64,000 nucleotides of DNA from positions 18,414,001 through 18,478,000 of the forward strand of contig OX597816.1 of NCBI GenBank assembly GCA_951406725.2. Direction: 5' to 3'. The position numbers were made by a program, and so were the translations under genes. Positions 26,760 to 41,493 of this stretch are shown one piece after another. Below the pieces are notes generated by a model, which saw only the letters and a program-made list of their open reading frames with translations, ran no database searches and was not told the DNA's origin. The stretch comes from Octopus vulgaris. Taxonomy: Eukaryota. The first letter of the stretch is position 1; each line of letters starts with the position of its first letter.

Positions 26760-26912
26760 ATACGACGGGCTTCTTTTAGCTTCCGTCTACCAAATCCACA
26801 GAGAAGGGTTTGGTTGGCCCGAGGCTATAGTAGAAGACACATACCCAGTGAGACTGAATCCGGAACCGTGTGGTTGGTAAACAAACTGCTTACCACGCAG
26901 CCACTCCTGCGC

Positions 26913-26913
<1 letters not shown>
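26625..26913 (-). mobile_element. SINE family B 5' part, followed by (CTAT)n
   Basis: Head GGCGCAGGAGTGGCTGCGTGGTAAG on the minus strand. Confidence 0.8.
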
Positions 26914-26992
<79 letters not shown>

Positions 26993-27006
26993 TTATCTAT
27001 CTATTT

Positions 27007-27038
<32 letters not shown>

Positions 27039-27770
27039 TTGTCTGTATATCTCTCTATCTTTCTATATCTCTTTCTCTCTATATATATATATATTACTTT
27101 ATATGTTTATGTATGCATCTGTGTATGCATGTATGTGTGAGAGCGTGAGCATTTTTGCATGGATGTATTCTATGTTCTTACGTCTCTCTATACCATATTG
27201 CATCGCCTCTCTAATAACGTTACTCGATATTAGGCCGAACTCTAAACTAAACGATTCCAAAAGCGAACAAACTCATCCACGAATCATATATATGCCACAT
27301 AAAAAACATATTAATAACAATACATATTACTACCGGGATCGGTAAGTCAGACTGTGTGTCTCCCAAAATTGTGTTATCAAGTGCCTATATCAGAAATCAA
27401 TAGAACTATAAATATTGCTTTAATCCATTGCAACTGTGAATGATGACAAAATAACACAAGCGAGAGACTTATAATCCAATACATTCTTAGGCAAGTATCT
27501 ACTGTATGTGGACAGCTACAACTTATACCATTGTATTAAGTATTGGTTCATCGGTAGTTCAAGTCCAGCGCTTTGCATGTTTAAATGCCGTCGACACGAC
27601 TGCTAATAATTCGAATAATAACTTTGTGCATATTAATATGATTATACGGTTTACTGACGCCATGTAATATTGCACATCGAATTTTTTTTTTTTTATGGGA
27701 ACATGCTTCGAAATGCCCCATGATTAGTGAACGTGAAGATAAATATCAGTAATGTCGCGTGTTCATATAT

Positions 27771-28369
27771 ATTTCTTTACTACCCACAAGGGGCTAAACA
27801 TAGAGGGGACAAACAAGGACAGACAAACGGATTAAGTCGATTACATCGACCCCAGTGCGTAACTGGTACTGAATTTATCGACCCCGAAAGGATGAAAGAC
27901 AAAGTCGACCCCGGCAGAATTTGAACTCAGAACGTAACAGCAGACGAAATGCCTATTTCTTTACTACCCACAAGGGGCGAAACACAGAGGGGACAAACAA
28001 GGACAGACAAACGAATTAAGTCGATTATATCAACCCCAGTGCTTAACTGGTACTTAATTAATCGACCCCGAAAGGATGAAAGACAAAGTCGACCTCGGCG
28101 GAATTTGAACTCAGAACGTAACGGCAGACGAAATACCTATTTCTTTACTACCCACAAGGGGCGAAACACAGAGGAGACAAACAAGGACAGACAAACGGAT
28201 TAAGTCGATTACATCGACCCCAGTGCTTAACTGGTACTTAATTTATCGACCCCGAAAGGATGAAAGGCAAAGTCGACCTCGGCGTAATTTGAACCCAGAA
28301 CGAAACGGCAGAGGAAATATGGCTACGCATTTCGCCCGGCGTGCTAACGATTCTGCCAGCTCACCGCCA
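27771..28369 (-). mobile_element. SINE family A trimer with one TSD
   Basis: Three bodies and one head; TSD TGTCGCGT(G/A)TTCATATAT at about 27753 and 28373. Confidence 0.93.
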
Positions 28370-28759
28370 TCGTGTCGCGTATTCATATATCTTAATCTTT
28401 AGCTGCAGACACACATAAACACAGAATGCAATTAAAACGTATGCGTACCCACACGCAGAAACACGTGCACACGCACACAGACGCACATATACACAGAGAC
28501 AGGCAGACAGACAGAGAGATAGACGCATACACACGCACATTTTTATGTTTCACGTTAAATTGCTTTTTTTTCACTCATTGGATTTGACCACCATGGGACC
28601 ACCGCCTCGAAAGGGTTTGATGAACAAATAGACTTCAGTACAAGTAGTTATTCTAAGAGTCTCCTTGAAAGAGCCGCTAACTTACGGAGATGCCAACGAA
28701 CCAAAAGGGATTTTCAAGTGGGAAACAAAAATTCGAAAGCTCACACGCACACCTATGTT

Positions 28760-28820
<61 letters not shown>

Positions 28821-28822
<2 letters not shown>

Positions 28823-29010
28823 GCCATGATGGATCGCTAGCAACTTCACATTCTTTATTTTCTCTCTTTGTTTCTTTCTGTGTTCCTTTCTGTGGAAGAG
28901 CGTCGGCTCGAAACGTTAAAGACTTTTTCACTTCCCGAGCGCTATACTCATACATCTGTTTGTAGTCTACACCACCTATCTTCGTCCTTTTTTTTTGTGA
29001 ATTCTCTCTA
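28821..29010 (+). mobile_element. ~190-bp pLTR-like element with ultra-minimal hammerhead variant
   Basis: 28886-28921 reads cttt-CTGTGGA-agagc(gtcg)gctc-GAAA-cgtt-aaag; homologous end-to-end to 46489-46687; lies next to (TA)n. Confidence 0.7.
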
Positions 29011-29514
29011 AACTTCTTACCACACGGACACGGCTGGATTGATCACGAATGCCATCTACGCCTCAGTTTCTGGCGGAAATGTGATTGTGTTTTCTTGATC
29101 AAAGTAATGTTTGTTTTATGCTTGGGAAAGCAACAGGATTTGTATAAAACTACTGATGTAGTATGCTTAATCAGGTCGTAGGAGAAATATAACGGGTTGC
29201 ACAAAAATGACGCATGTTAGTAGAAGCTGAGAAAAGAACGAAGATTATTAATATGGAACGTTGAAGGTGAGGGTATGGAAATCATTGACGTATGGAATGG
29301 AGAAAGTGCGTAAAAACGAAACTATACCTGAAATAATACCGGGTATCATGAAGTGTGAACTCATACACAGCTGCTGCTCTCCAAATGAGAAACGGATGAA
29401 ATCCATAAGTGGCTGGTTTGCATAGAAGATTTGCATACCAGACACACTCAGAATCTTTTCTATACCAAAAGCAAAACACCGCACAACATACGAACGCATA
29501 CACAAAATCGTATG

Positions 29515-29580
<66 letters not shown>

Positions 29581-29736
29581 CATATACATACATATAGATA
29601 TATACAGATATATACATACATATGGATATAGAAAAATAGATACACACACACACATATATATATATACGTATATGTATTTGAGTTTATATATATGTATATA
29701 TATATATGTATATATGTATATATAAATATGTATTTC

Positions 29737-29769
<33 letters not shown>

Positions 29770-30799
29770 GCGTATGTATATATGTATATATATTCATGTA
29801 TTTATGTCTGTCTGTCTGTCTCTTTCTTTCTCTCCCTCTCTCTATATATATATACTTGGTATATATACATACATTCTTAGTGAGATGTATTATATATCAC
29901 TATGCAAATCAAGTGAGTAGTAAAATCCTAATTTAAGAATTTCCACAATATAAACGACGGCTACTGGGAAGGTTGCCGCGAAACTGTTCGATTATTATGT
30001 CTACGCAAGGACATTATTTTCAAATATTTCAATTTCCTAATGCAATATAAATCTTCAACACGCAAAGGTTAAAGCAATTCACGGAATTGCAAACGAGAAT
30101 GATGTAATCTAAATACCACTATTTCTGTACCAATAAATTTCAAGTATACACATATATAAAACCAGAATAACAACTTACGTGCGTTCCTATTTTAGTTTTA
30201 TGTTTCTTGTAATCTATGCTCTTTTATTTTCCAACAATTCACGTTCTGTGAAATAAATAGATCTTAAACTATAATTATATATTACTTCATTAACGTTGGG
30301 CCCATTACTTTAATTTTTCTTCATTAAATGAAGACATATTTTAAATGCTTATAATGAGCCACAGTCTTTCGAAATTAATCATTGAACTGTTTCTGCGAAG
30401 TTTGAGTACAATGGTTCATGAAACCCCGCAGTTGTCTATGAAGCAATTTTCTCTGTCTCTTTGTCACTAAAGCCGGAAAGGCCCGAGCCTTTACAAATTC
30501 GTGCCAGTGTTAACAGGGACGAATTATAAACAAGGAGAAACAAGCATACATTAAGGTAAGATTTTGGTCAACGTTCGAACAAATTGGCCAATTTACTGCA
30601 TAAGTTTCGTAATTTATCTTATCGAACTCACACATATGAAACGTATTATTTTCCGTTGTTGGAACAGAACACAGATAAAAAAACATCGGAACGATCAATG
30701 AATGGAATTCTCTGTGATGATTCAATAGTTCTTCCAAATGCGTAGCATGAATCTAGTATTCGATTGCAGTATTTTTGTTTTCTGTTGATCATTGCTATT

Positions 30800-30990
30800 T
30801 TATATTCATGTGGTGCTGGATGTTGAGACAGTCATAAAAGAACTCGGAATAAATTAGGGTTGTGGCATTCAGAATGCAAGTATGAAAGAGACGATCAGGA
30901 AAGAGTGTTTACAGTAGAGTTCGAACAGTCCTAGAATCCGAGTAAATGCAAGCTACCAGGTGCTTCATATCAATATAATTCTGTCTGTAG
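30800..30990 (+). mobile_element. Internal fragment of R4/Dong-like element
   Basis: Aligns to the reverse complement of about 34190-34350 (GIQHASMKE..RKECY.RVR). Confidence 0.8.
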
Positions 30991-31022
30991 CTTTTAGAAC
31001 ACAAACGCTTTAACTCGATATA

Positions 31023-31390
31023 TCTTTTCTCTATATATATAGACGGCAAAATGTCTGTGTGTGTGTGTGTCCTTTATACAAATCCACAATTGCTCAGTTA
31101 GAGGGCTCGCACTTTCTATGCTCAGTCCAAACCGTCTAAGGGTGGTCGTGCACATCATTACATTTCCTCAGTCACCCCGCAAAGCCATTAAAAATCAATA
31201 AAAGTGACTTTTTGTGAATTTTCTATCCAAAAACCCAATCAAAATGCCCGAAACTTGATACGCCAATTGAATGCCAGCTAGTTGTGATTGGTAGAAAATT
31301 TGGACAGTACTCGCGTGTATGTCCGCACGCACGTAGCTGTATAAGCATGCACTAGCACTATGACCCGGCGTTGCCGGGTCATAGTGCTAG
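31023..31390 (+). mobile_element. Non-autonomous Helitron
   Basis: A|TC...CTATATATATAG 5' end; 3' hairpin CCCGGC-GTT-GCCGGG followed by CTAG|T. Confidence 0.8.
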
Positions 31391-31514
31391 TTTAAATATA
31401 ATTAATTTTACTTAGGAAGTATATGACCTTGAGAGAAAAATGTCTATGAAATGTAAATTTCTTTGAAAGAAATTCATCTTTGTGCTTCTCGCCACAAGTG
31501 CGAAATCAACATTC

Positions 31515-31912
31515 TCTCTTTTACTTGTTTCAGTCATTTGACTGCGGCCATGCTGGAGCACCACCTTTAGTCGAGCAAATCGACCCCGGGACTTATTCTT
31601 TGTAAGCCCAGTACTTATTCTATCGATCTCTTTTTGCCGAACCCCTAAGTGACGGGGCCGTAAACACACCAGCATCGGTTGTCAAGCAATGCTAGGGGGA
31701 CAAACACAGACACACAAACATACATACACACACATATATATATATACATATATACGACAGGCTTCTTTCAGTTTCCGTCTACCAAATCCACTTACAAGGC
31801 ATTGGTCGGCCCGGGGCTATAGCAGAAGACACTTGCCCAAGATGCCACGCAGTGGGACTGAACCCGGAACCATGAGGTTGGTTACCAAGCTACTTGCCAC
31901 ACAGCTACTCCC
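31515..31912 (-). mobile_element. SINE family B, full length (tRNA head, CORE-like CTTGGGCAAGT)
   Basis: Head GGGAGTAGCTGTGTGGCAAGTAGC...GGTTCAGTCCC, internal (TA/TG)n, tail ...GCAGTCAAATGACTGAAACAAGTAAAAG. Confidence 0.92.
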
Positions 31913-32416
31913 TTGCCATAATCCTTAAAACTTCTTTGTTGATTTAAGCAATATAATGTAACGTACAGAGATACTAAGTCAACGCAGAAATGCAGGAGTT
32001 AATATGCATTGTAATTGGAAACTAAATACACAATTTCATTTATATGCGTTCATCATCAGCTAAATAAATATTTTGTGGCAGGATTTGTGAATGCAAAGAT
32101 ACAGAATAATGTAAGGAATATGTGGGTTGTATTAACTTGTTCATGTAAATTATAAGAGATAAATAATGTAGGAATAGCAGGTGCACTGATAATTAGAAGT
32201 TACCAAATTATAAATAAAGAGCGAATCTATTTTACAAATTGGGATGCGTATGTTCCAATGTTTCTAGTAAATTTATGAATTTCTAACAATTGGATGGGTT
32301 ACATTAATAACTAATTCCTTCATATAAATATACATATATGCGCGTGTGTTCCTGTATGAGTGTGCGTGTATATATATATATACATACATACATACATACA
32401 TACATACATACATACA

Positions 32417-32481
<65 letters not shown>

Positions 32482-32769
32482 GTGCATACATATATATACG
32501 GATACCAACACGTACACACGCGTACGCACACATATTAATGTGTGCGTGTGCACATATGTGTATGTATGTATGTGAGTAGACACATACAGATTAAGACAAA
32601 TATTACAATATAACATATTGGTTGCATTTTCAATTAATAATTGAATGACGATAGAGCAGAATATTAAAAAATGTATAATAATATATGAACACATTCAATT
32701 AGTAATTCAATTAGCAAATTCAAAAACTATCTATATTCATTTCTGCTCTAGGAACAAGGTCCGATTTTT

Positions 32770-33108
32770 TATTGGCGGAGCCAGTCGATTGAGTAGACAA
32801 CAGTTCGAAACTGGTACATATTTTCTCGACCCCGGAAGGATGAAAGGCAAAGTCGACCTCGGCGGAATTTCAACTCAGAATGTAAAGACAGATGGAATAC
32901 CTATTTCTTTACTACACATAAGGGGCTGAACATAGAGGGGATAAACAAGGACAGACAAACGCGTTTAAGTCGATTACATCGACCCCAGTTCGTAACTGGT
33001 ACTTAATTTATCGACCCCAAAAGGATGTCAAGCAAATTCGACCTCGGCGGAATTTCAACTCAGAACGTTTCGCTCGGACTGCTAACGTTTCTTCTAAATT
33101 GCCGCCTC
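32770..33108 (-). mobile_element. SINE family A dimer, decayed
   Basis: Two cores and the junction GAATAC|CTATTTC at about 32900. Confidence 0.82.
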
Positions 33109-33659
33109 AAAACATTCAGTATGTTGTAATATCTATGAATGTTCTCTAATAAATTTTAATTCTATGAATTTTTCCGACAAGGAAGGAACGGGTTTCTAAT
33201 AAAGATACATATTATCTTTAATGCTATGTAGATGACAAGAACTATGTCTCATATTGAACGTTAGAAAAGTCTTGTATATATTTACTGTTCTGCTTACATC
33301 TTGTATTTATAATATGCTTATTATCTGCTTTACGAAGTTGTCACCTAAGCATTTGTTCATATGGCCGAGGGTATGAATAACTGGTGGTATATAAATGCGA
33401 ATGTAAACTCTGGGTGTATAAATTGAAGGTTTCTAATTAATTTTTAGTACTTATCCCCTTTATCTTTGATTTTCGAAGAAGTATCAACATTAGGAGCGCA
33501 GCTGACCTTATACCGGAACATTTTTCCCGTCGATGCCCAAATATTTATCCAAGGAATGCATCCAAACAAACACACCAGATTGTTCATTTACATGTGATAG
33601 GGAAAGAGGGGAAGACAGAGAGAAAATGGGAAAAAATAGAAAAGTAAACAAATACAATA

Positions 33660-35287
33660 AAGGGGTTATGTTTCCGGTCTATATCAGCTTGATTGCTACG
33701 GGCCACATATTCGCCATGCAGAGTTTTTTGTTCCCACTTAGCAAAGGGTTCTCAACCGCATTTTGCTTTCCTATTGATTTCACCTTCTTTGCAACAACAG
33801 TTGCTGGCCTCCCATCATGCTGTTCAACTTAGGTACTATGCATAAACTCGCTTGAAAACTTTTTTGATCTCTTTAATAAAAAATGAAGCTTCTTCTTCTT
33901 ACATCTTTCATGATTTTCAACGAGCTTTAGCATCCAGTCGTTAGATTCTTCAATAATATCTGCCAATCCATTTGTGGTAGTGTTGTAAGAGATTCCAGAT
34001 TGGATCAATCGTCGACCTGCTTGAGCTCTGGGTAGGTAAAGACGATCTGCATCTGCCTTTGAGTGGTGCATCTTATTGCAAGTCAGCAGCTTACAGATTT
34101 TCCTGTCAACCTTCCTTATTTCGCTCAAATTCCAGTTCAACACTTTGAAACTGTAACTAACAACCGGAACTGCTAAGGAATGTTTAGCTAACACCTGGTT
34201 ACGAGCATTTACTCGGATTCTAGGACAGTTCGAACTCTCCTGTAACACTCCTTCCTGATCTTCTCTTTCATACTTGCATGCTGAATGCCAGAACCCTCAT
34301 TAATTCCGAGGTATTTGTAAGTTTGTTCCTGCTCAAATTCTTTTATGACTGTGTCAAAATCCTACACCACTGAATGTGTGGTCTTTAATTTTCTTTTCTG
34401 GAAAGTGGCCTTGTCACATTTATCAAGACCAAATTCCCTCCCAGTATCATCACCGAATGCTTTCACAGTATGTAGTAGTCCTTCAAACTAATTATCTTCT
34501 TTGCCATAGAGTTTTAAGTGATCCATATAAAATGGATTACTCATTTCCTTGTTGAGTTCACTTGCAAGGGGTATTAGAGCTATGCAGAAAATTATAGGTG
34601 AAAGTTAGTTACCTTGGAAAATGCTATTGTTGATATTAATATTTTTTGTAGACAACTCTCTATTAGAGTGCTATAATTGGAGATTCGTATTCCACATTGA
34701 CATGTGCTTGCGGAAACTTGAAATCATACGAGAAATTTTGAAGATATCCAGCGATTTCAAGATCTATGAATGCGGTATGCTGTGGAAGCATTTTTGTAAT
34801 CAATCCATGCAGAACTGAAATTTATGCGTTTGTTGTGACAATTCTCAAGGATCATGCAATTGATAAGAGATGATCTTTGCCTCGTCGGTACCCCATTTTG
34901 TTCAGTGGTGAAAATAAGGTTCCCTTCCATAAAATGGAAGTTAAAATTCTATACGTGGTAGATAGACAAGTTTCGGGACGATAGTTTTGGGGAAATTTTG
35001 TTTTATTATTTTTCTGGAGTAGTTAACCAATCCGGTGTCTTCGTAGAATCTCTCATAATTTCATTGAACTTAGTATTCATGTGCGCAGGGAACCGAGACG
35101 TGCCAGAAATGTGGCACCTTACCATTACCGGGGGATTTCTACTTATAATCCTCCATGAGTGTCATCTTAGGTCTTCTATTTTCATGTCTTCTCATGCTTG
35201 TTCTGTTAAGTTTTGGTAGGATCCATCTGTTCGTCTAATCCATTGTGAGTCTTTTAGTCACTCCAGATATTTTCCAGGAGTTTCAAA
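33660..35287 (-). pseudogene. Decayed R4/Dong-like retrotransposon RT region
   Basis: IFQGN.LSPIIFCIALIPL, YMDHLKLY, TYKYLGINEGSGIQHASMKE, MHHSKADADRLYLPRAQAGR; many stops and frameshifts; (TAT)n at 35288-35311. Confidence 0.9.
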
Positions 35288-35724
35288 TTATTATTATTGT
35301 TATTATTATTTACTTTTAATCTGCATGTTTTTTATAATCTCTTCCCGAGACACACAAAAAGTCCTAGGGCGAGTGACGGATAAGAGATGTTAACGTACGA
35401 CTGAAAGCTTGGTAAGGGGAAGTAGCAAGGGTAGTATTGAAATATATTCATGCAATATAACACAAACTTTTAAATTGATAGTGTTTTTCTGAGGATATAG
35501 GCAGTAATGGTCAGCACAATACTTTTCTCTAAAACATGGTACTCCAGGGATATTATATAGATGTTTCACCCATACATGTCTTATCATACCGTGGGCACTC
35601 ACAATATCAGGAATATTTTTCGCTTTAAAATACATCTTTTGTATTGCAATTTCAAGGACCTTATATATACTTAATTTGCCAAATTCTTTTACACATATTT
35701 TTTTTCACTGGTAACTCTTATATC

Positions 35725-35725
<1 letters not shown>

Positions 35726-35798
<73 letters not shown>
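35726..35798. repeat. (TAT)n/(TAA)n tract at the 3' junction of the Dong-like element
   Basis: Directly visible. Confidence 0.97.
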
Positions 35799-35799
<1 letters not shown>

Positions 35800-38715
35800 G
35801 TTTTTTCCTTCTTTCTTCAAATTTTCTTCCATTTCTTGCCGAGTGTTTTCCATGCACCTAGGGCAGAGAAGCTCATTGTATGCATTCCCAGATTACGCGC
35901 GCAAATTCACTGATAAAATATGTATTTAAAAATTAATAGATAAATAAATTCATGGATGGATGTTATTTTCACAGCGATAGTGCTCTTCTTAGTACATGGG
36001 CCGCTCCAGTTAATACGATTTTTTGCACTTCTTGTTGGGATGGTAAGCCTGGAATCATTTTCAAATAGGTTTCAGTACCTTTTTTTATCATTCCTAGAGA
36101 TCCTACAATCACTGGTACTGTAGTCGCCTTGAGATGCCACATTTTTTCAATTTCTATTAGCAGGTCTTTATATTTACTAATCTTGTCAAATTCTTTCGCC
36201 GCTATATTGTGATCACGGAATACTCATGTCAATTAATAAACACATCATTTTTGTCTGATCTTTTATAATGATATCCGGTTTATTAGCTTTTATAGTCTTG
36301 TCGGTCTGCACGGGGAGGTCCCATAGAACGACACATTTTCTCCCTCAGTCACAGCTTCAGGATGATGTTTATACCATTGGTCAGCGGTTTTGATTTTATA
36401 ATGCCGACATATTGTCCAATGTAAATACTGGCCGACTCTGTCATGTCTTGCTTTATATTCTGCAGGTGCTAAGACTCTACCCTCTGAGATTAGGTAGTCT
36501 GTTTTTTCAATCTCATCGTTACAGATCGGCATTTTGGGTCAGCTCCATTTTTCATCACATTGGCTTGGTAGTTCCGGGTTAATAAACTTTGGTCTTGAGC
36601 AGCTAATATGAAACCTTCACTCTCTGCTTTTAGCCCTGAGCTTCGTAACCATTGGTGCATGTGTTTCTGGTCGACATCAGCTTGTTTGCTACGGGCCACA
36701 TACTTGCCATGGAAAGGTTTCTGTTCCCATCTGCTAGCTAAATTTTCATGTGCTTTTGTCTTTGCAATTAATTTTATTTTCTTTGCAGCTGCAGTTGGCG
36801 CATTTCCTTCAGCCTGCTCAATCTGGTGGGTATCTAAGAGATCAGCGGCGACGTTTTTTCTCTCTTTGAGAATAAAGTGAAGTTTTTTAGGTCTTTCATG
36901 TTTTTCAACAAGTTTTAGCATCCAATCGTTGGTTGCTTCAAGGTATTTGGCCAGTCCAGTTGTGGTGGTTTTGTATGTAAGTTCAAGCTGGATCAAACCT
37001 CGACCTCCCTGAGCTCTGGGAAGGTAAAGGCGATCCACGTCTGCCTTTGGATGGTGCATCTTATTACAAGTCAGTAGCTTGCGGATTTTTCTGTTAATTT
37101 TCATTATTTCACTGGTATTCCAGTTAATCACATTGAAGCTATAAACAACAACTGGTTCTGCTAAAGAATTTATGCCTAAAACCTTATTATATGCATTCAG
37201 CTCAGACTTCAGGCTTGCTCGAACTCTTCTATAACATTCTTTCCTCACCTTCTTTCATGCTTGCATGCTGGATACCAGAGCCTTCATTTATTCCTAGGTA
37301 TTTATAGGTTTGTTCCTGCTCAAATTCCTTTATTACTATTTCGACATCTAATTCGATTGAACTAGACTTTACCAATTTCCCTTTCTTAAAAGTCGCTTTG
37401 GCACACTTCTCCAGGCCAAACTCTATCCCGATATCGTCACTGAATCCTTTCACAGTATGTAATAATCCTTCAAGCTCTTCATCATCTTTGCCATATAGCT
37501 TTAAGTCATCCATATAAAATAGTTGGCTTATTTTCCTGTTGTTAATTTTGTAGCCATATCCTGTTCTATTCAGTTCACTTGAGAGTGGTATTAGTGCTCT
37601 GCAGAAAGTTAGTGGTGAAAGTGAGTCTCCTTGGAAAATTTAACAGTTTATGCTAATGTTTTTTGAGTGCAATACTCCATTAGAATTATATAATTAGAGC
37701 TTCGTGTTCCATAGAGACATATTATACTTTTAAAAATCTGAAATCACAGGAGAATTTTTGAAAATGTCCAGTGATTTCAGAATCCACGGATATGGTATTC
37801 TGTCAAAGGCTTTTTTATAATCAATCCATGAAGAGCTAAGATTTCTGCGCTTGTTATGGCAGTTGTCAAGGATCATGCGATTAATTAGGAGCTGATTTTG
37901 CATCCGTATGAGCCTCGTCTGCATCCTTTTTGTTCAGTAGGAAAGAGGTTATTCTCTTCCATAAACGTATATGTTTTCTCTACTAGAATAGATGTCAAAA
38001 TCTTATAGGTAGTAGATCAACATGTTATAGGCCGATAGTTTTTTGGGTCTTTCGTTTTGTTATTTTTGGGGAGGAGGTAAGTAATACAATTTGCCATCCA
38101 ATGTGGTGTTTTTCCCGTGTCTTTCATAATACTATTAAATAGTATTACTAACATTTTGTGTGCGGACGAGAGTGATGAGAGCCAGAAATTTGGTACTCTA
38201 TCAATACCAGGGGATTTCCATTTGTGAGCCTTCGTTAGTGCTCTCCTTAGATCGGCGATTGAGATGTCTTCCCATACCTGTTCTTGTAGATTTTTGTAGT
38301 CACCTTGGGTGCGTTTGATCTACTCTGCATTTTCATTGTATGGTTTCTCATCACTCCAGATCCCCTTCCAAAAGTTTTCAACTTCTTCCATTAGGGGTGG
38401 ATTTTCAATGGTTATTTTTTCTTTCCCTATTTCCCTGTAAAATGATTTGGCATTGGATTTGAACGTTTTATTTTGTTTGTAGAATTTGATTCTTTTCTCA
38501 AATCTGCGTATTCTCTGATATTTTGCTTGAACTTTTTGTTTAAGTGTTTCCTTCGCTGACATTAGTTCTTCTCTTGTTGAGTGACCAAATATTCTCACAA
38601 TCTTCCTGCCTTTTCTTGATCTTACATCATTTCAAGAGATTAGCTCAGTTAATATCGATAACTCCCTTCACAATAATTGAATTTCAGTTTCAATTCTACT
38701 CCTCCAGGTTGATTT
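35799..38715 (-). mobile_element. 5'-truncated R4/Dong-clade non-LTR retrotransposon (RT, CCHC, PD-(D/E)xK RLE), frameshifted
   Basis: WIDYKKAFD, IFQGDSLSP, YMDDLKLY, LYLPRAQGGRGL, degenerate CCHC, RHDRVGQYLHW, NKPDIII..IDMSIP, KYKDLLIEIEKMW..PVIVGSLG..VLRRALSL* (stop 35969-35971); (TAA)n on both sides. Confidence 0.95.
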
Positions 38716-38832
<117 letters not shown>

Positions 38833-39139
38833 CAGGCTTGTGCATTTACGGAATTTATTGAATTAGGAATAATTATTTTTAACTGGGTGGGATGCATTTA
38901 TGTAAAATTTTCCTCGACCAGGGAAATTTGCATTCACATATGCAGACTTATATGAAATTATATATTGTTGCTATATATTATATTCAATGATATAAATTAC
39001 GTGATTGGCTAGTTATGGTGAAGAATAATATTTTGATTGCACTTTTGTATATTTAATATTATGCATAATACTGTTGGTAGCGAAATGCTGGCGAATTCCA
39101 GATCCTATTTGTGTGATGTGAAGGCATGTTAACGTTCTG

Positions 39140-39179
<40 letters not shown>

Positions 39180-40860
39180 GCATGTAATTGGCTGTTTAAT
39201 TTTGATGGTAAAAATGAAAGAAAATGATTATTTATTTTTGATATCAATATTTCCTTTTAACAATCCTTAAAAAATGATATACAAGAGTTTTTCGTCAATC
39301 TACATAAGACTCTAGAGTTACCTTCAGAATAGTTTTCGGGAAATGCTTGTAAAATGATTACACAAGTAACCTATACGAAGTTATATGGAAATTCCTCCGT
39401 GTTTCAGTTAAATACTTCATTGTGGTGCAAGCACTTGGTTTGCTTCCGGGGCTTAAATATTGCAGGGGATATAATCTTGTCTAGATTAAGCTAAGCTGAA
39501 GCAGATTGGAATTCATATGAAACATGTTAAGAGCTTGCACATTTAATATTATTTTTCCTTCGCAATATAATATTCTTAAACTTTCTAGTCATTGGTAACA
39601 ATGCACAGTGCTATTTCCTCCTCTTTTAAACCACGAGCATAGCATAAATTGCGACAAATAAATTAAACTAAATTCAACGTTCTACGAATTTAGACATATT
39701 TTATGAAGAGAAAATAGTTTAGTTTAAAAAGCATACTTGATTAATTTTTCTGGAACGTTAATTAGTGAGAAACGTTTTACAGTTATCCACAGTTATTAAT
39801 TGAATTTCATTACTTAAACAGATTGGGCGATTTTAAAAGTGTAGTTCAATGGTATAGGTTGTTAAATTCCGAAGACCAAAAGTGGTTTGACGCTTGCGTT
39901 GAATTTTCTCTGACAAATTTTGAAAATCTGATTATGCAGGTGGTTAAATAGAATTTTCAGTTAATCCACTGTAATCTATAAGTTTCTAATTACTGCCGTT
40001 GAGTAGATAACTAAATTTTCAGACAATTTCCACTGAAAGCATGCTGTGAACTGAATCACAAATGGATTTTGAGGTGCTGTTATACTAATAATTCAATATT
40101 ATTATTACTAGTAATGCAAAACAAATTATTTGTGAAGTTCGTTAGTTGTACATAGTTAATTTTCACACAAGATTCTGTATAAAGCAGATGTTTTTTTGAT
40201 ATCCGGGAAGGGAAGGGAATTTTGTAAGAGGAAAACGTTTTCCATTCGGGTTACAGAATTTAATTGAATGTAAATGATTAAACTTCGCAACTTTTTTTAC
40301 ATTTATCTTATTATTTGCATATTCTTGTATTTTAATAATTCCAAAGGTCATGCACTTTAATGCACTATAACCGGTGAATGTCAATTGTCATGTTACTATG
40401 ATATTTCTCTGTTTTTTATGATAGCAGTTTGCCTCCCGCACACAACTGCGGTAAATTTTCGTCTTAAATCAACTTAAAATTAGCGATTTCACGCTAACGA
40501 ACATCGCAAATATATGAAGGGTTAATATGCCGAGAAAGCAGAAAATCAGAACAAATAATATGAATTACCATTTACAAATAATAAAATCACTTACAAAGTC
40601 GGTTTCTTTGAATGCACATTAGTTATGTACACAGCTACAGGGAACTCTAACGTAAAATAGAACAGTACATATAACTTATTAACTAGAAGATTAACTGGAA
40701 GTACACTTATACTTAAATAGGGAGAAAGAAGTAGCACTTTCAGAATTTTTAAGGACTACTAAAATAACATAATTTTAAGAAGCATTTGCTAACCATTAAT
40801 GTAATACCATAACTTGCAATACTAAACGTATATTTTAGACAAGCCATTTAATCATTTATG

Positions 40861-41080
40861 TACAGGGCGCGGTGAACAAACTGTTGTGAAAATTACGCAA
40901 AATCGAAAATAACACTGACACATCATTTTAACAGATATATTTGCCAAAATTACATAAAAATATCATGAAATACTAAAGAGCAAATTTATTCAATAAATTC
41001 GTCACTGATTTCAACCACAGCATTGAGACGACTTCAGAATCGCTTGCAATTCTCTGGGACGGTCTCCTTGTTAATGTTGG
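40861..41080 (-). mobile_element. Tc1/mariner right end with transposase C-terminal remnant
   Basis: TA|CAGGG terminus; minus strand NINKETVPENCKRF*SRLNAVVEISDEFIE* resembles the mariner/Tc1 C-terminal RLxAVVxxxGxxIE motif. Confidence 0.7.
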
Positions 41081-41278
41081 AACTTTGTAATCAAATAATG
41101 GACTGGAACACACACACACACATACACACACAATAACACACATGTGTAGACATATACACAGCTACGTCTGCACGTATACACACATATGTGGCAAGTTTCT
41201 TCAGCTAGAGCTCTAGCAAATTACAGCCATGTGAGTAGAGTTCGTAAACGGAAACTCCAAGAATACCGACGTATATAC

Positions 41279-41345
<67 letters not shown>

Positions 41346-41448
41346 TATGTGTGTGTGTATATGTATGTATGTATATATACATATATACATATGTATATAT
41401 AAAAAATATATATATGTATATATACATATATACATTTATATATATATA

Positions 41449-41493
<45 letters not shown>

